A DNA stretch of 64,000 nucleotides, taken from the NCBI GenBank assembly GCA_965113315.1, contig OZ220369.1. The stretch is one strand, 5' to 3'. Of this stretch, positions 12,015-24,200 are shown piece after piece. Below the pieces are notes generated by a model. The model worked only from the letters and a program-made list of their open reading frames with translations, was not told where the DNA came from and searched no databases. The position numbers were made by a program, and so were the translations under genes. Position 1 is the stretch's first letter; each line of letters begins with the position of its first letter. Source of the DNA: Podarcis vaucheri. Its lineage: Eukaryota.

Positions 12015-12517
12015 CTGCAGGACAAAACAGCAATGATTATACACAATCTATTTGCTAGTGACTGGTCATGTATAACTAAACAATCGTAAATGTAAGGATG
12101 GTACAGGCCAAAGTTTTATGGGAAAGCACTTGCTTTGCAAGCAAAAGGTTGCAGATTTGATAAGGCTGTTAAAGGCAGTTTGAACTATAGTTTATTTCAG
12201 GGCTCAGGAACTAGATCCGGTCCCGAGGGCTGAATCCAAAACTGCCACACCATCTGTGAACCACCTTCAAATGAAGAATCAAAGAGCACTCAAAGTACAC
12301 TCTGGATACTTTCCAGCCCCAAATTTAATTAAAATTGGGACTGCAGAGGAAGTTTATTCTGCAGAAGAATATTCTGCCACTGACCCTTCCAAAAGGAGGG
12401 CTTGTATGACATTGAATTTCAATTTAGCAATGAAAGCGAGTCAAGGATCATCTGCATTTGGGAGCTAAAAGGAACAAGTGGCAGATCACGGTAATGCTCC
12501 CAACTGTTTCTCTAGAG

Positions 12518-12655
12518 CAGCGGTTCTCAACCTGTGGGTCCCCAGATGTTGTTGGACTACAACTCTCATCATCCCTGAGCTCTGGCCTTGCTAGCTAGGA
12601 GTGATGGGAGTTGTAGTTCAACAACATTTGGGGATGCACAGGTTGAGAAAGGCTG
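12518..12655. mobile_element. hAT-type MITE (URR1-like)
   Basis: TIR CAGCGGTTCTCAACC / GGTTGAGAAAGGCTG, 8-bp TSD CTCTAGAG, internal hairpin ACTACAACTC...GAGTTGTAGT. Confidence 0.88.
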
Positions 12656-13595
12656 CTCTAGAGCCACAGCAGTACCTGCCCCGCACCTGAAGTCATAGGT
12701 GAGCGTGGCATGGGAGAAAATGGTATTGAAAGTCAATCTGGGGCTACAGGTAGGCTTGTGGTTATTCAAAGCCAGCATCATAAGCCACAGTCGGAAGTTG
12801 CCCTATTCAGACAAACCAACCAGAGTTAAAACTAACCACATTTGGCCCTAGTTTGGGCATAACAAGCCACTCCAAGGTGGAATAAAAAACAAGTGCTTTC
12901 GACTTCCTCCTCTAGGTTGCACTGGAAGAGGGAAGTAGTGCACAAGCCAAAGAACACTAAAATCCCTGTTTAGTGTATTGTCCAAATACAGTCAATGAGT
13001 CCAAAAGACTATTTTATTCAGATCTATAGAATTATGAATAGTCTTCACTTGTTAATGAGAACACAGGAGTTTATTTACACTTTCAACAGCATGAAGTGTC
13101 ATGTATAAGATGTGTACCCAAGTGCCAAATCCCAATTATTGTTTTAAGCAAATATACAATGTTAAAAAATAATTTTAAATGATCTGTTCATTGGCATTTG
13201 CCTCTCTTGAGGGAAGCTTATCATTAGGATTGTAGATTTCTTAACAGGTTATTGTCCTGCCAATATAGATTCCAAACTTATGCAATGATAAAATTGCTTC
13301 ATGTTTACAAGGCAATCTTGAAATCTTCACCAGTTTTGCTTTCAGTTTTTACAGGCCACTTCCAAGACCAATGCGGAAAAGATTGCAAGGCCTGAAATTC
13401 TGCTGAAGAAAGATGATCGTTCTGTAATATATGGAGAGAAGTGGCATTGATTTGTGGATGGACTGAATATGGGACAAAAGCAGAAAAAAAGAGTCAGAGA
13501 AACAAAGATTTCATCCTGATGAAGTGGGCAATAGAGGAAGTGTAAATGAGGATTGGTAGACGGGAGGAAAGATGAGACGTTTGGCTGTGGATGTA

Positions 13596-13819
13596 CAGTG
13601 GTCCCTCCAGATACGAACTTAATTCATTCCAGGGGTCTGTACATACCCTGAAAAGTCTGCATCTAGTTTCTGCGCACACAAAGTTTCTGCGCACACGTGC
13701 GGTGTGACAGAACACTTCTGCGCATGCGGTGAAACCTGGAAGTATACACTTCCGGGTTTGCTGCATTCACAACCTGAAAGTTAAGTTACCCAAAGGTAAC
13801 GTAACCTGAGGGTCCACTG
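13596..13819. mobile_element. Tc1/mariner (Tigger-like) MITE
   Basis: TA|CAGTGGTCCCTC ... GAGGGTCCACTG|TA. Confidence 0.8.
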
Positions 13820-15401
13820 TACTGGCAACAATGACACATCCCAGTGGAAATATCAGAGAAGTGATGTGGGATTGGAGGGAAATAAATATTTTTTGGGGGT
13901 ACAGCTGTACAGCATTAGCATACAAGTGGTAGCAAAGCCACAGTATGTGATGAGGTTACCCAAAAAGAATGTACCAAGAGAAATAGCAGAGGGCCAAAAA
14001 CAGAACCCTAAGGGATCCCTACAAACTGAGAAAGCAGAGGAAGACATTCCTCTTGTGTGTTAGAAGTCCGACTGGCCTTAACTAGAAGTCAGTCATTTGG
14101 TGTCACTGGTGTCCCATGCTGTGGAACACTTTTGCAGCACTGATTTGGCAGGCACCCTTACTTTTGACTGTCAAGCATCTCTTAAAGACTTTTTAATGCC
14201 TATGCAATTGCTTAGCATTTTCTTGAGCAGCCAGTCATTTTAATGATTGTTCTGTACTGCTTTTAAAGGATTGCTATAATGTTGATGTATAATGATTAGC
14301 CAGTTAGGAAGAGAATCAACTGAGGACAGAATCAAGGACCTAGGGCTTAAAGGGAATCACAACTTAATTGTGATCAGCTGTATCAAGGGGTGGCAGAGAG
14401 ATCGAGGAAGATGAGAACTGAACAGAAACCTTTCCACTTGCCAAATAAATTATTTTCATGAAATAAACTATTTTCTGAAGAAGTGTGCATGCACACAAAA
14501 GCTCATACCAGTAACTAACTTAGTTGGTCTCTAAGGTGCTACTGGAAGGGATTTTTAAATTTTATTTTCATGAGGGTAGCCAATATTGGTGAAATACATA
14601 GTGGGTAGTCAAAGTCTATCAAGGTTAGCCCAAATTCAGCTAGGGAACTTTTAGCATTTAAGCAGCAAGGTTTAAGACAAAAGAATCGGCTAGCTACACT
14701 ACAATTTAGATTACAACAAAACTGCTTTCAGCAACTTAGGCATTAGCCACTCTGCACAGATACTAACCAACTGGTAGGACTACCACTCAAACCACATTGT
14801 GACACACAGGGGCATAAAGCCACCTTAAATAAATATATAAATCTAATTATCTAAAAGGCAGAATTGAGTAGCTTAGTATTCTCAAAAACTAACAGCATAT
14901 TAAGATAAAAAATCATGATGAATGTGTAAGATAAAACAAACTTAAATGTTTCAAAAGGGGGAGGGGGAGGAAGGGTGAAAGGAATAGCTTCTTGAAAAAT
15001 GAGAGCAAGATGAGAATTGCACACAAGTGGAAAACAAAACATGAGTAGCCAACTGATCGAAATGTCTAAATGAGCATGCAGCAGCTTCTGCCCCACCCAT
15101 ATTAGTTTATTGCCTCACACGCAGTATCAAGGGTAAAGGTTAGTAGTACCTGTTGTGTATGTTGAACAAATGGAACTACGTACAATGTTGACGGATGTTA
15201 AATGCTTTAACCTGTATGAGTTAAATATGGAACATCCTGAATACAGCTCGAAAATCACATACCTTAGCACTAAAGTTTGCCACCTACCAAGGATTACAAG
15301 GTAGAGCTAACTACAATTGTTCTGCAAAGGAAGCCAATACTTTTGCTGAATTTGATTGGGATCCTAAAGCTGAAAGAGCTGTTCCTCAAGATGGTCTAGC
15401 T

Positions 15402-15750
15402 CAGTGTTTTTCAACCTTTTTTGGGCAAAGGCACACTTGTTTCATGAAAAAAATCACGAGGCACACCACCACTGTGTGCGGAGAGGGAGATGTCAGAGCC
15501 CCGCTGCTCTCTATGGGGAATCGGATGAGAGCGGACCGCCTGTCCGCTCTCATCCGATCCCATCCGATATGATCCCCACCCAGGATGGATGGAAAATAGG
15601 GTGGACACAGTCCGGCGCCCGCCTAGTGGGCGAAAATTTGACTTTTTAAAAAAATATATATATTTTGAATTTTTCGATTTTTCCCACGGCACACCAGTCA
15701 ACATCTCGCGGCACACTAGTGTGCCGCGGAACAGTGGTTGAAAAACACTG
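15402..15750. mobile_element. hAT-type non-autonomous DNA transposon, young
   Basis: Perfect 15-bp TIR CAGTGTTTTTCAACC, perfect 8-bp TSD GTCTAGCT, CpGs retained. Confidence 0.9.
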
Positions 15751-15899
15751 GTCTAGCTAATTCATGGTAAAGTGAGATTTGAACCAGCAACTTCCTAAAT
15801 CCACTCCTTTACACAAGAATTAGGCCTAAGTTGTTGGATCCATTATTGCCTCTAACTTGAGCCAAACCACAGCTATCATGGCCAGTAGCCACTGAAAGC

Positions 15900-17010
15900 C
15901 ATTCAAATGGGTTGCCATTAGTCTCCTGTAGGAGCAGGTTTCAGTTTAACTATGCACTGTGTGAAGAATTACAGTGGTACCTCTGGTTGTGAACGGGATC
16001 TGTTTCAGAGGCCCGTTCGCAACATGAAAAGCCCGCAACCTGAAAGTGCCGTATCTGCGCAGGTGCACGGTGTGATTTGGCACTTGTGTACATGCGCGAG
16101 CAGCGAAACCCAGAAAGTAACCCTTTCCGGTACTTCCAGTTCGCCGCGGGACGCAACCTGAAAAAACATAACGTGAAACGTAACATGAGGTATGACTGTA
16201 CTTCCTTTTGCCAATCCTGAATCTTCCAACACTAAGCTTCACTGCATGTTCATGAGTTCTAGTGCTATGACACACAGAGAGAAACTTTTCTCTTCCCACT
16301 TTATCCATGCTGTGAATAATTTTATAAACTTCCATCATATCATACCATATATTTGTATAATGGCGCTATGATACTGAAAGTTTTATTTTAATTTTTCCGC
16401 CCTAGTATGCCTTTTCCACAGCTGCTGCACACTGGGGTAGACATCCTCATTGAGTTACTTACTATGACCCCAATGGCTCATTCCTAGTCAGTCACTGCCA
16501 GTTCAGACTCCATGAGCATAGATGCATTATTATTTTTTGCATGCATCTCCTCACACTTTCTACACACTGAATTGCATTTGCCATTTTACAGTCCATTCAC
16601 TCAGTTTAGAGAATATTTTTTGAAGCTCTTGAAAATCTTTTGGGCACCTCATTGCTCACCCCTATCTCTAGATCCTCTATGAACAAGTTAAAAGGCACAG
16701 TATCAATCCTTGGAAAACTCCTACAGCTCTCCATTCAGAGAACTTTCCATTTATTCCTACTGTTTGCTTCCTATTAACCAATTCCTCTTATACCATAACT
16801 GCTAAGCTTACTTGGGAATCTCTGGTGGGGCAAGTTGTCATAAGCTGTAAGTACTGCAAGTACTGTAAGCAGATCACCTCTAACTATGTTTATTGACATT
16901 CTCAAAGAACTCTTAATAGCTTCATAAGACAAGAGTTGTCTTTGCAAAAGCTATGCAGGCTCTACTTCAGTAAAGTCTTGTTCTCCCATATGCTTAGTTA
17001 TTTTCTTATT
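15900..17010 (-). mobile_element. Degenerate CR1 LINE fragments
   Basis: ORF track MMEVYKIIHSMDKVGREKF...RT...KLSVGRFRIGKRKY is typical of the CR1 ORF2 end. Confidence 0.75.
15972..16198. mobile_element. Tc1/mariner (Tigger-like) MITE nested in a CR1 fragment
   Basis: TA|CAGTGGTACCTC ... GAGGTATGACTG|TA. Confidence 0.8.
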
Positions 17011-17399
17011 AACAACACTTTAGATCACTTTTTTTTGGCACAAGTCCAAGCCCATATAGGTGAAACCATGCGGTTCACATGAAAAGATAATGGTTTCAGT
17101 TCTGTAACATGAAGACAAGCAAATAAATCATTCTTCAAGTTACCAGAAAGCATTATTCCAGTGCCTGTCTCACCTGCCAAAAGAAGCCCGGCCAAACTGG
17201 CACCAGACCACAGACTTTTGCCAGAAATAAGATCCCACTACCTCCCCGCCTATCCCCGGTAAAGTAAGGATGTTTATAGGACGTTTGAAACAGATATAGC
17301 ACCTATAAGCAGATTAAAGTCCGTCGTGTATCAGATAGGAGGAAAAAAGAACAAAAACGGGAATTAAGCTCTTTCTCCGCCTGTATTGTAGCAGCCTCT

Positions 17400-18930
17400 G
17401 ACGGGTATCCTACAAGACGATTCGGGAGCGGCTGAGGAAGCCCAAGGGCGGCGCACACCTGGGGCTGGCGGGCGCCTCGACATGGATTAACTAAAGCCTC
17501 TGACCAAGCAACAACGCTTCTCGACCCGCCTCATTCGCTCCCACAAGTAGTGGCCCAAGTCACTTCCGGCTTCAGAGGGCGGGCAAGACAGGCCAACGGA
17601 GCGGACGGGGCCCCTCGCCATTTCTCGGCGGCCCAATTGGGAGGGCCTCCTGGGGTCAGGCAGGAGTCCGCCGTTGCCGCGAGCGACCCTCGGCTTTTAT
17701 TTATTCCGCGGCCGGACTCGCCTTCGGGGCGCAAGAGGGGAAGGAGGGAGAGAGGGGTAGGGGGTTTCCGGGAGGCCTCCTCGCCCCACCACAGGGGACA
17801 ACACGTGCAGGGACAGGCGAGCTACGGGCAGGCCCAGCTCACCACTCCTTTGCTTAGCGCTTCAGCGCCGGCTACGCCGGGAGAGACGCGGGACGCAGGC
17901 CGCCCACCGCTACCGCCACTACCGCTCGGCCTCCCGGTGGCTTCCGCCAGCGCCGGCCTTGCCGCCTGGAGCGAACGGCGCGGTTCTCACCTGGGGCGGG
18001 CCGGGGGCGAGGGTCTCGGGGCCGGGGCGGGCGCCTGGCTGAGCCGCTCGCGCTTCTCTAGCTACCTCCTCCGCTGGTTCCCAAACAAAATGGCGCCGGG
18101 AGTCGCGCGCTCACGTCGCGGCCCTTCTCTTCCCGTCTTCCCCTGCGACGGACGTAAGGCCAGGGGGCGGGGGCTCCTCGATCTCGCTTAGCTCGCCCGC
18201 GCGAGGAAGCCCTGGCCCAATCGCAGGCTGTGTCCAGCTCCCCGCTCGAGCCCGCCTCCCTGCTTTCGTCCAATCCCTACCTCGCGGGGCAGCGCGATAT
18301 TATTTTTTTCCCTTTGCGTCTGCGTAGGGACGAAGGCCAGGTTACCCAATCCGTGTTCGGAAGTGGTTGTTGGAAGCGGAGGGGATGGCTAGGGGGCGCT
18401 GCAGAACTATCGGCCGACAAGGATTGGCTAAAGGCAATATTGAGCTCAGCTCGGCCAATCATAACGTGGCGCCGCGAAGGGAGCGTGTCAGCTACGACCA
18501 ATAACAGTCGGGCGCGGTTGCTGTGGCCGAGGAGACAGGCGTGAGGCGCGATTCCTTGGGAAGTGTAACGGGGCAGCTAGGAGGTCGACGAGCACTCCAC
18601 CCTGCAAGGAAGCGCATGCGCACGGGCTTCCCTGAGGGCAGGGGTGCGCCTGAGGTGGTTGTGCAGCTGCTAAGCGGGTTTTCGCAGCCTCCCTTCGGAG
18701 CCGCTCCCGGCGCCTGGCTTGTGGGGGGTCCTCTCGGAAGTCCGCTTCCCTGGAGCTTCTCCGCGGGGCCGGAGTAGACGGGGGTCTGAGGGGGACCAAA
18801 GTGTTGGAGAAGCAGCATCCTGGGTGGGGGAAACCACGTGCCATTGGGGTCTGTTTCCTTCAGGAAAATAAAAAGGGCAACCGAGAGCGGACGTGAAAGA
18901 GGTGCTTAAAACCACGGCGGTGCGGTGGAG
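17400..18930. promoter_or_regulatory. CpG island / CNOT1 promoter
   Basis: High GC and CpG; six CCAAT boxes (18217, 18270, 18346, 18423 reverse, 18455, 18498), ETS CGGAAGT motifs (~17562 reverse, ~18358, ~18735), NRF1 palindrome GCGCATGCGC 18612-18621. Confidence 0.85.
17991..18110 (-). other. CNOT1: CNOT1 non-coding exon 1 (5' boundary approximate)
   Basis: Donor CAG|gtgaga at 17991/17990 inside a CpG island; YY1-type motif CAAAATGGCG at ~18086-18095 near the presumed TSS. Confidence 0.7.
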
Positions 18931-19849
18931 AAAGTGGGCAAAGAAGTCCCCCCCCTCTCGTAACGTTGAACCCCCGCCAGTGAAGCTGAATGTTGCAAGA
19001 TTCAGGCCCGACCAACTCGCTGCTACTTCCTCCTCGCCTAATTAAAGTGTGTTGCGAGGCCCACAACTCTGAGGGCTTAAACAAATCTGTTTAGGCAGAT
19101 TCGTGGAGAAGGAGAATAGATAGGCAGCTGTGTACAGTGCTGCCAGTAGTCAAGGCTGAGAGGCCTCCAAGTAGGTTAGTGGACAGCACAAGTGTGTTGC
19201 CTTCATGTGGCTGCTTTGGGGCTTCTGGCAGGCATTGGATTGGCCACTCTGAAAATAGGTTATTGGATCAGGTTGATGGCCTGATCAAGCAGTGCTCTTC
19301 CAATTTATTTAATTTGTATACCACCCATAGATCTCGGCAGTCCACAATGTACAAAACACAAAATATGTAATAAAAATAAAATCAAAGACAACACAATATC
19401 CCCTTCCACAGCACATTTTAAAAGGGCATCGGATGTCAGCCAAAGGCCTGGTTAAAGAGGACCATTCCACAAATGGGAAGCCATTGCAGAAAAGGGCCAT
19501 TCTTGTGTTGCCACTCTGAACCTCTCGTGGAGGGGCCTTCCAATGATCTTAAACAGTCTCTTCTTAAACTTCTGATATGTGACAAGAATGGATGTTGGTA
19601 TTAATCTTCTCTTGCTGCCATTTTCCCAGCAAAAATTACCTGGGGTAGGTTATCCTTGCACAAACCAGAGTCTTAATCCTAGGAAACAGGTTGTTTTAAA
19701 TCCCAGAACCCCAATCTTGATCTTTCTCCCCCTTCCCCAAAGTGAGTTGCAAAAAGGCATCACTGCATATGGTTTGGCTCTGCAGAGTAGGACATACTGG
19801 GTTTTTTTGACTACGTGCCATTTTGTGCAGCTTCACACAGTCAATTAAG

Positions 19850-20225
19850 AGTTGGCTGAAAGCCAAGGATGACTGAGCAGAGAGGAGTTAATTCTGCCTG
19901 GAGATATGAGACCTTGGATACAGATCTACCATTGGTTGAGGTCTCACACAGGCATGATGACTTATGACCTTACTGACTGGATAGTTTGTTGGTCAGTGTG
20001 GTGTTCTGAGAGTTGTTTGGAGTTTGTTATGAGAGAGCTAGTTAAGATCTGTTTCTGTTCTTGTATATAGTAACTTGTAGAGTCTGCTGTAAATAATAAA
20101 CACCTCTAAGTAATCAAATTACTGGTAGCAGCGTCTTGTTCCTGCTTCGTCCATCCTGCCTCCAATTGATTGCTTTCTGGAACTCTGTGAATGCTCTGCT
20201 AAGGTCTGGCTAAGGTCCTGCAACA
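19850..20225 (+). mobile_element. Possible degenerate solo LTR
   Basis: ATTGG box, AATAAA at ~20095, ends ...GCAACA; no TSD found, boundaries uncertain. Confidence 0.35.
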
Positions 20226-21195
20226 GGTCAATGTTGCGAAACACCAATAGGACTGGTAGTTTCCCCTGTAACGCTCTTGCTGTTTGTGGCTCTTTGTAAA
20301 ATCTGTTTTGGCAGCTTGTGAGCCTTGTAGACCTCAGGTTGGAGTGGAGGAGGATTTTCTGTCATAGCATGAAAAGCTGGGTAGAGTTGAGACAATCCCT
20401 GCCCCCTCCCTCTGCCCCCATGGCAATGGGATGACCAGCTTGGTCCTACCCAGTGACGGAGCAGCCTCAGAGAGCTTGCTCCTTTCCCACAACAACAAAA
20501 AACAGTTCCAACTGCCTGTTGCTCTTTGGCAAGCGAAGAGCAAGCCATTTTGGCCCTATGTCACCATCCAGACGATGAAGAGCCAGTTGCATACTTGCAC
20601 CACTTTTATGTGAGGAAAGGAGAATAACCTCAGCTGGATGTGGAGACTTTTGTACAACTTACGCTCTGTTCTCGCAACGTTAGGCTGATCTCCCGTTTCT
20701 CTTGCTTTCTTTTAGTTGGTAAGTCAAAGCGAAGGGCCTGTTACTTTTTTTATGTAAGCTGCTTTGCGAGACAATATTTTTCTGAAAGCAGTATATAAAT
20801 ATAATAAATATATTCAGGTAGGGTTGCCATATTTCAAAAAGTAAAAACCAGGACACCCCAAAAGTTGTTGAGCTTTTATATATATACAAAAGCATGATGT
20901 ATGGCAGCCCTAGAATCAGGTCATGTTATAGGTTCTCTGCCATGGGGGGGGGCATTTCTGTGTGATGCCCTCCCAAAAGTGCCATAGAAGTATCTGTTCT
21001 CCCTGTCCTGCCAAGACTGACCACACACCCAAGAGATTACATGATTTAATAAGTTTTTGCAACTATTCAATCATAAGAAGATAAGTATGTACATAGCTTC
21101 AATTATGTTACTATGTTACAAAGTATTGTGTACTATGTGGAATACCATTTCCCCACAACTTTTCAGTGGTATTTACTATTTTAAAATGCATTAGA

Positions 21196-21282
21196 TCAGA
21201 TGTAGCTGGCTTTGGAGAGGAAGCATTCAAACATCTTCTGAGCTTGTCCAGGCTTATACTGTGGAACCATGTGACCAGCACC
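21196..21282 (-). CDS. CTSA-like exon 11, catalytic His and stop
   Basis: [28 protein letters not shown]; candidate ATTAAA polyA signal at 21045-21050. Confidence 0.93.
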   Translation of the reverse strand, partial: GAGHMVPQYKPGQAQKMFECFLSKASYI

Positions 21283-24200
21283 CTATATATGAGAGGGAAG
21301 ATGCTTTAGAAAAGAGCTGAGAAAGCACATCTGAAATAATTTTCCCCTTCCCAAAACATCGTGAAGGATACTGGAAGCTTATATTGAGCAGAGCAAGAAG
21401 AGGCAGGAGAGAAAGTAACTTTTCGCCAGTGCTGTCTTGATAATGTGTGTGCAATCAATCATATATTGGCTGTGTTTTCACATAAACTGGGGTTAATGTT
21501 ATTTAACAAACAAGCCATGTATTGTTTATTTAGAGCAGGTGTGGGAAACCGTGGCCCTCCATTTGTTGCTGAACTACAACTCCCATCATCATTAGCCATG
21601 CTTGTTGGGACTAATGGGAGTGGTGGTTCAGCAACAGCTGGCAAGCCAAAGGTTCCCCACACCTGCTTAGATCTTATTTTGTTTTCTAGCTACTCTTGTG
21701 TCATGCCTTCTCAAGCTTGAGGAGCATCTGGGGTAACAGGTAGGGAAAACCACCGTAGTTAGGCAGGGTTGTTAGGTTCATAAGTAATGTTAAACCGTAG
21801 TTAGAATAAGCCATGATTTTTAAGCCAATACCAAGCCATGGCTTCACATTGTCATTTGCTGATAGAAAATAAACAGGCTAGTTTGCTGATATGTTTTCAC
21901 ATGTTCAGACAAACCACAGTTACGCTAAACAAACCATAGCTTAATGTTACATGAGAACCAGGCCTTTGTTACAGGGCTCAGGATTACACCTAAGCCCTTT
22001 TAATAGTGGGTCTCTCCAGCTAGAGAAGCCATTGCCCCCAACGTGTTTTCTGTTGGCTGCTTATGCTCTAACTGTCCAACATTTTTTATGGGACACTGCA
22101 CACACACATATGTCATAGGTGAGGGACTGGATGCTTCTGTAGGGCGCATGGAACAGGTCCTGTTTAACCGTGTACTAAAATCATAGTTGTCGCTTGATGG
22201 GGAGGTGATCTAGCAAGCAATAGCATTTCCCAGGCTAGAAGTAGTGTAAACTCAATCAAGCCATGAGTGCCAACCCTCCACGCCATGTATTGGGGGCAAC
22301 ATTTTATTTGCTCTGTCCCTGATTGGTAGTCAGTGCAGCAGTTTTCCACAGGCTTTTCCTTAAAGGTTTATCCTGGGAGCAAAAAGCCTCATTTTTAAGG
22401 GCAGAAGATTCCCAATGTAAAACTGTTACCCAGATCAGCACTTTTGCCTGCTAGGACCCATTTTGGCAAAGAAATAAAAGGTGCTTCCTCCTCCTAGAAC
22501 CTGAAGGAAAAGCTGGAAGAGTAGAAGTAGCTATCTTTTATAACCCAATGCTTTATATATTGGCTTTATTTACTGTTGGAAGAGGGGTCGACCTTTTTCT
22601 GTGGCTGTGTTGGGATGAGCAGTCACTGGGCCCATCACAAACCTCTATCTTGAGAGCCATGTCATGCTTAAAAAATAACTGAGCCCATATAATGTGCTTT
22701 CTAAACAAGCTTTTGGCTCTGCTCCTGCTTTAAAGTATTGGCTGTTAGTGTTGCTCTTCCTGTTTTTGTGTTATCCTGCTGTTTATAAACTAGTTATTTT
22801 GTCTTTTAATTATTAGCGTGTTGCTGATTTTTACTTGAAATCTGCTCTGAGTAACACTGTTGTACAGGGGAGAAGCAGGGCATAAATCTTTTAAATAATG
22901 AAAAGTATAATGCCCACTGGCTCCAATTAAATCACTGACCTTTACGGTGAGAAATGTGATCTTCTCATACTCCTTGAAAAATCCTGCAATCTGATCATTG
23001 AAATACCAGGGCTGGTAATCATTTAGCACCTGTGGAATTAATGAAAAAGAAGGTCACAAACTGGAAACGGACAGCAGACCCAATATTAGTGTACATACTA
23101 GTCTATCACAGATGCTCCAAAACTGGCTCTTAGTAGACTTATTACTCCAGATCATGTTTTGCTAACTTTCTCTTCATCTCTGCCCATCCATTCTAACTTC
23201 TTTTCTAAATGACAGCTTGGTTATGTCTTTAACAACAACTGCACATCTGTCGGTATTGGAAACCTGGGTCCTAAAAGGCAGGATCAGCTGTGTCTTCCCA
23301 CATAAATTAAGGAGCAATAGGTTTTCAATACAGCACTTAAGATAGCCAAAGTTCAAAGAAGTTACTTACAGTCTGGTTTAAAGACTCAACAAACTTTTCA
23401 GCCCCCAAGAAGTTGCAGGCCATGTCCACGTCTCCATTATAAACCAATGCTCGTAGGTCCTGAGCCAGCAGATACTTGTAGAAGGGAGTCATGTCTCTGT
23501 ACACCCTTTGGTAATGAGCGCTAACCTGTGTACTGCATCGAGAAGAGAAATGCTTGGGGGTGGGGTTCAAGGAGCTTGGGCCCCTCATCCCTTCTCCCCT
23601 TTGTTTCACCAGTAAGATCAACCAAGGGTGCCCTTTTGATTTTGTCACCAAGATGCAAATCCAAGCTGCCAAGAGCATGCAAGTTGGGGTTCTCATTGAC
23701 TGCCAACAGCCACAGAATTCCTTTCCTGCCCCTGCAGGCCTATCAGAATATGAGCAGGAGCCAAGGCCATCCACCACCAAGTGGTTTCAAGAGGAAATTA
23801 TGCTGAATATACAAACCCATGTACTCTATACCTTGCCCCAGAGGAAGAATAATAAATAAGCTGGGGAGAAATAAATGTTCCCAACCTTAGCGGTCCACAA
23901 CTGAGACAAATATGCTTTATAATTTAATCCAGTGATGTCTGGAAGGCAGTTTGTTTTACAACTGTTTCAGAATTCTCATACTATTGAGATCCAACTTATT
24001 AGTTCCAGGCAAAACCTCTTAATGCCCAGTAATAGCAGTTAGTTGTTGTATTCATTGTCTCTTTTAAGGAAAACCATCTAAGCCACAATAAGACATTTTA
24101 ATGGGAAATAGTGGTAAGCATCACTACTTAGAATACAGAAAAATGCGCAACTATGCTAGGTGTGAACAAACGTAAGGATTAGCCATGTGGAAAACCTTAC

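Noticed and set aside
12419-12451. Minus-strand ATGATCCTTGACTCGCTTTCATTG (MILDSLSL) resembling the CNOT1 start MNLDSLSL
   Set aside because: Stop at codon 11, no further similarity and no suitable donor; the true start more likely lies in the N-gap. Treated as a chance match or tiny relic
17550-18844. Long ORFs (up to 213 aa) in the CNOT1 CpG island, and similar ones at 44266-45079 and 58320-58952
   Set aside because: Low-complexity R/G/A/P-rich frames expected in GC-rich, stop-poor DNA; no recognisable homology
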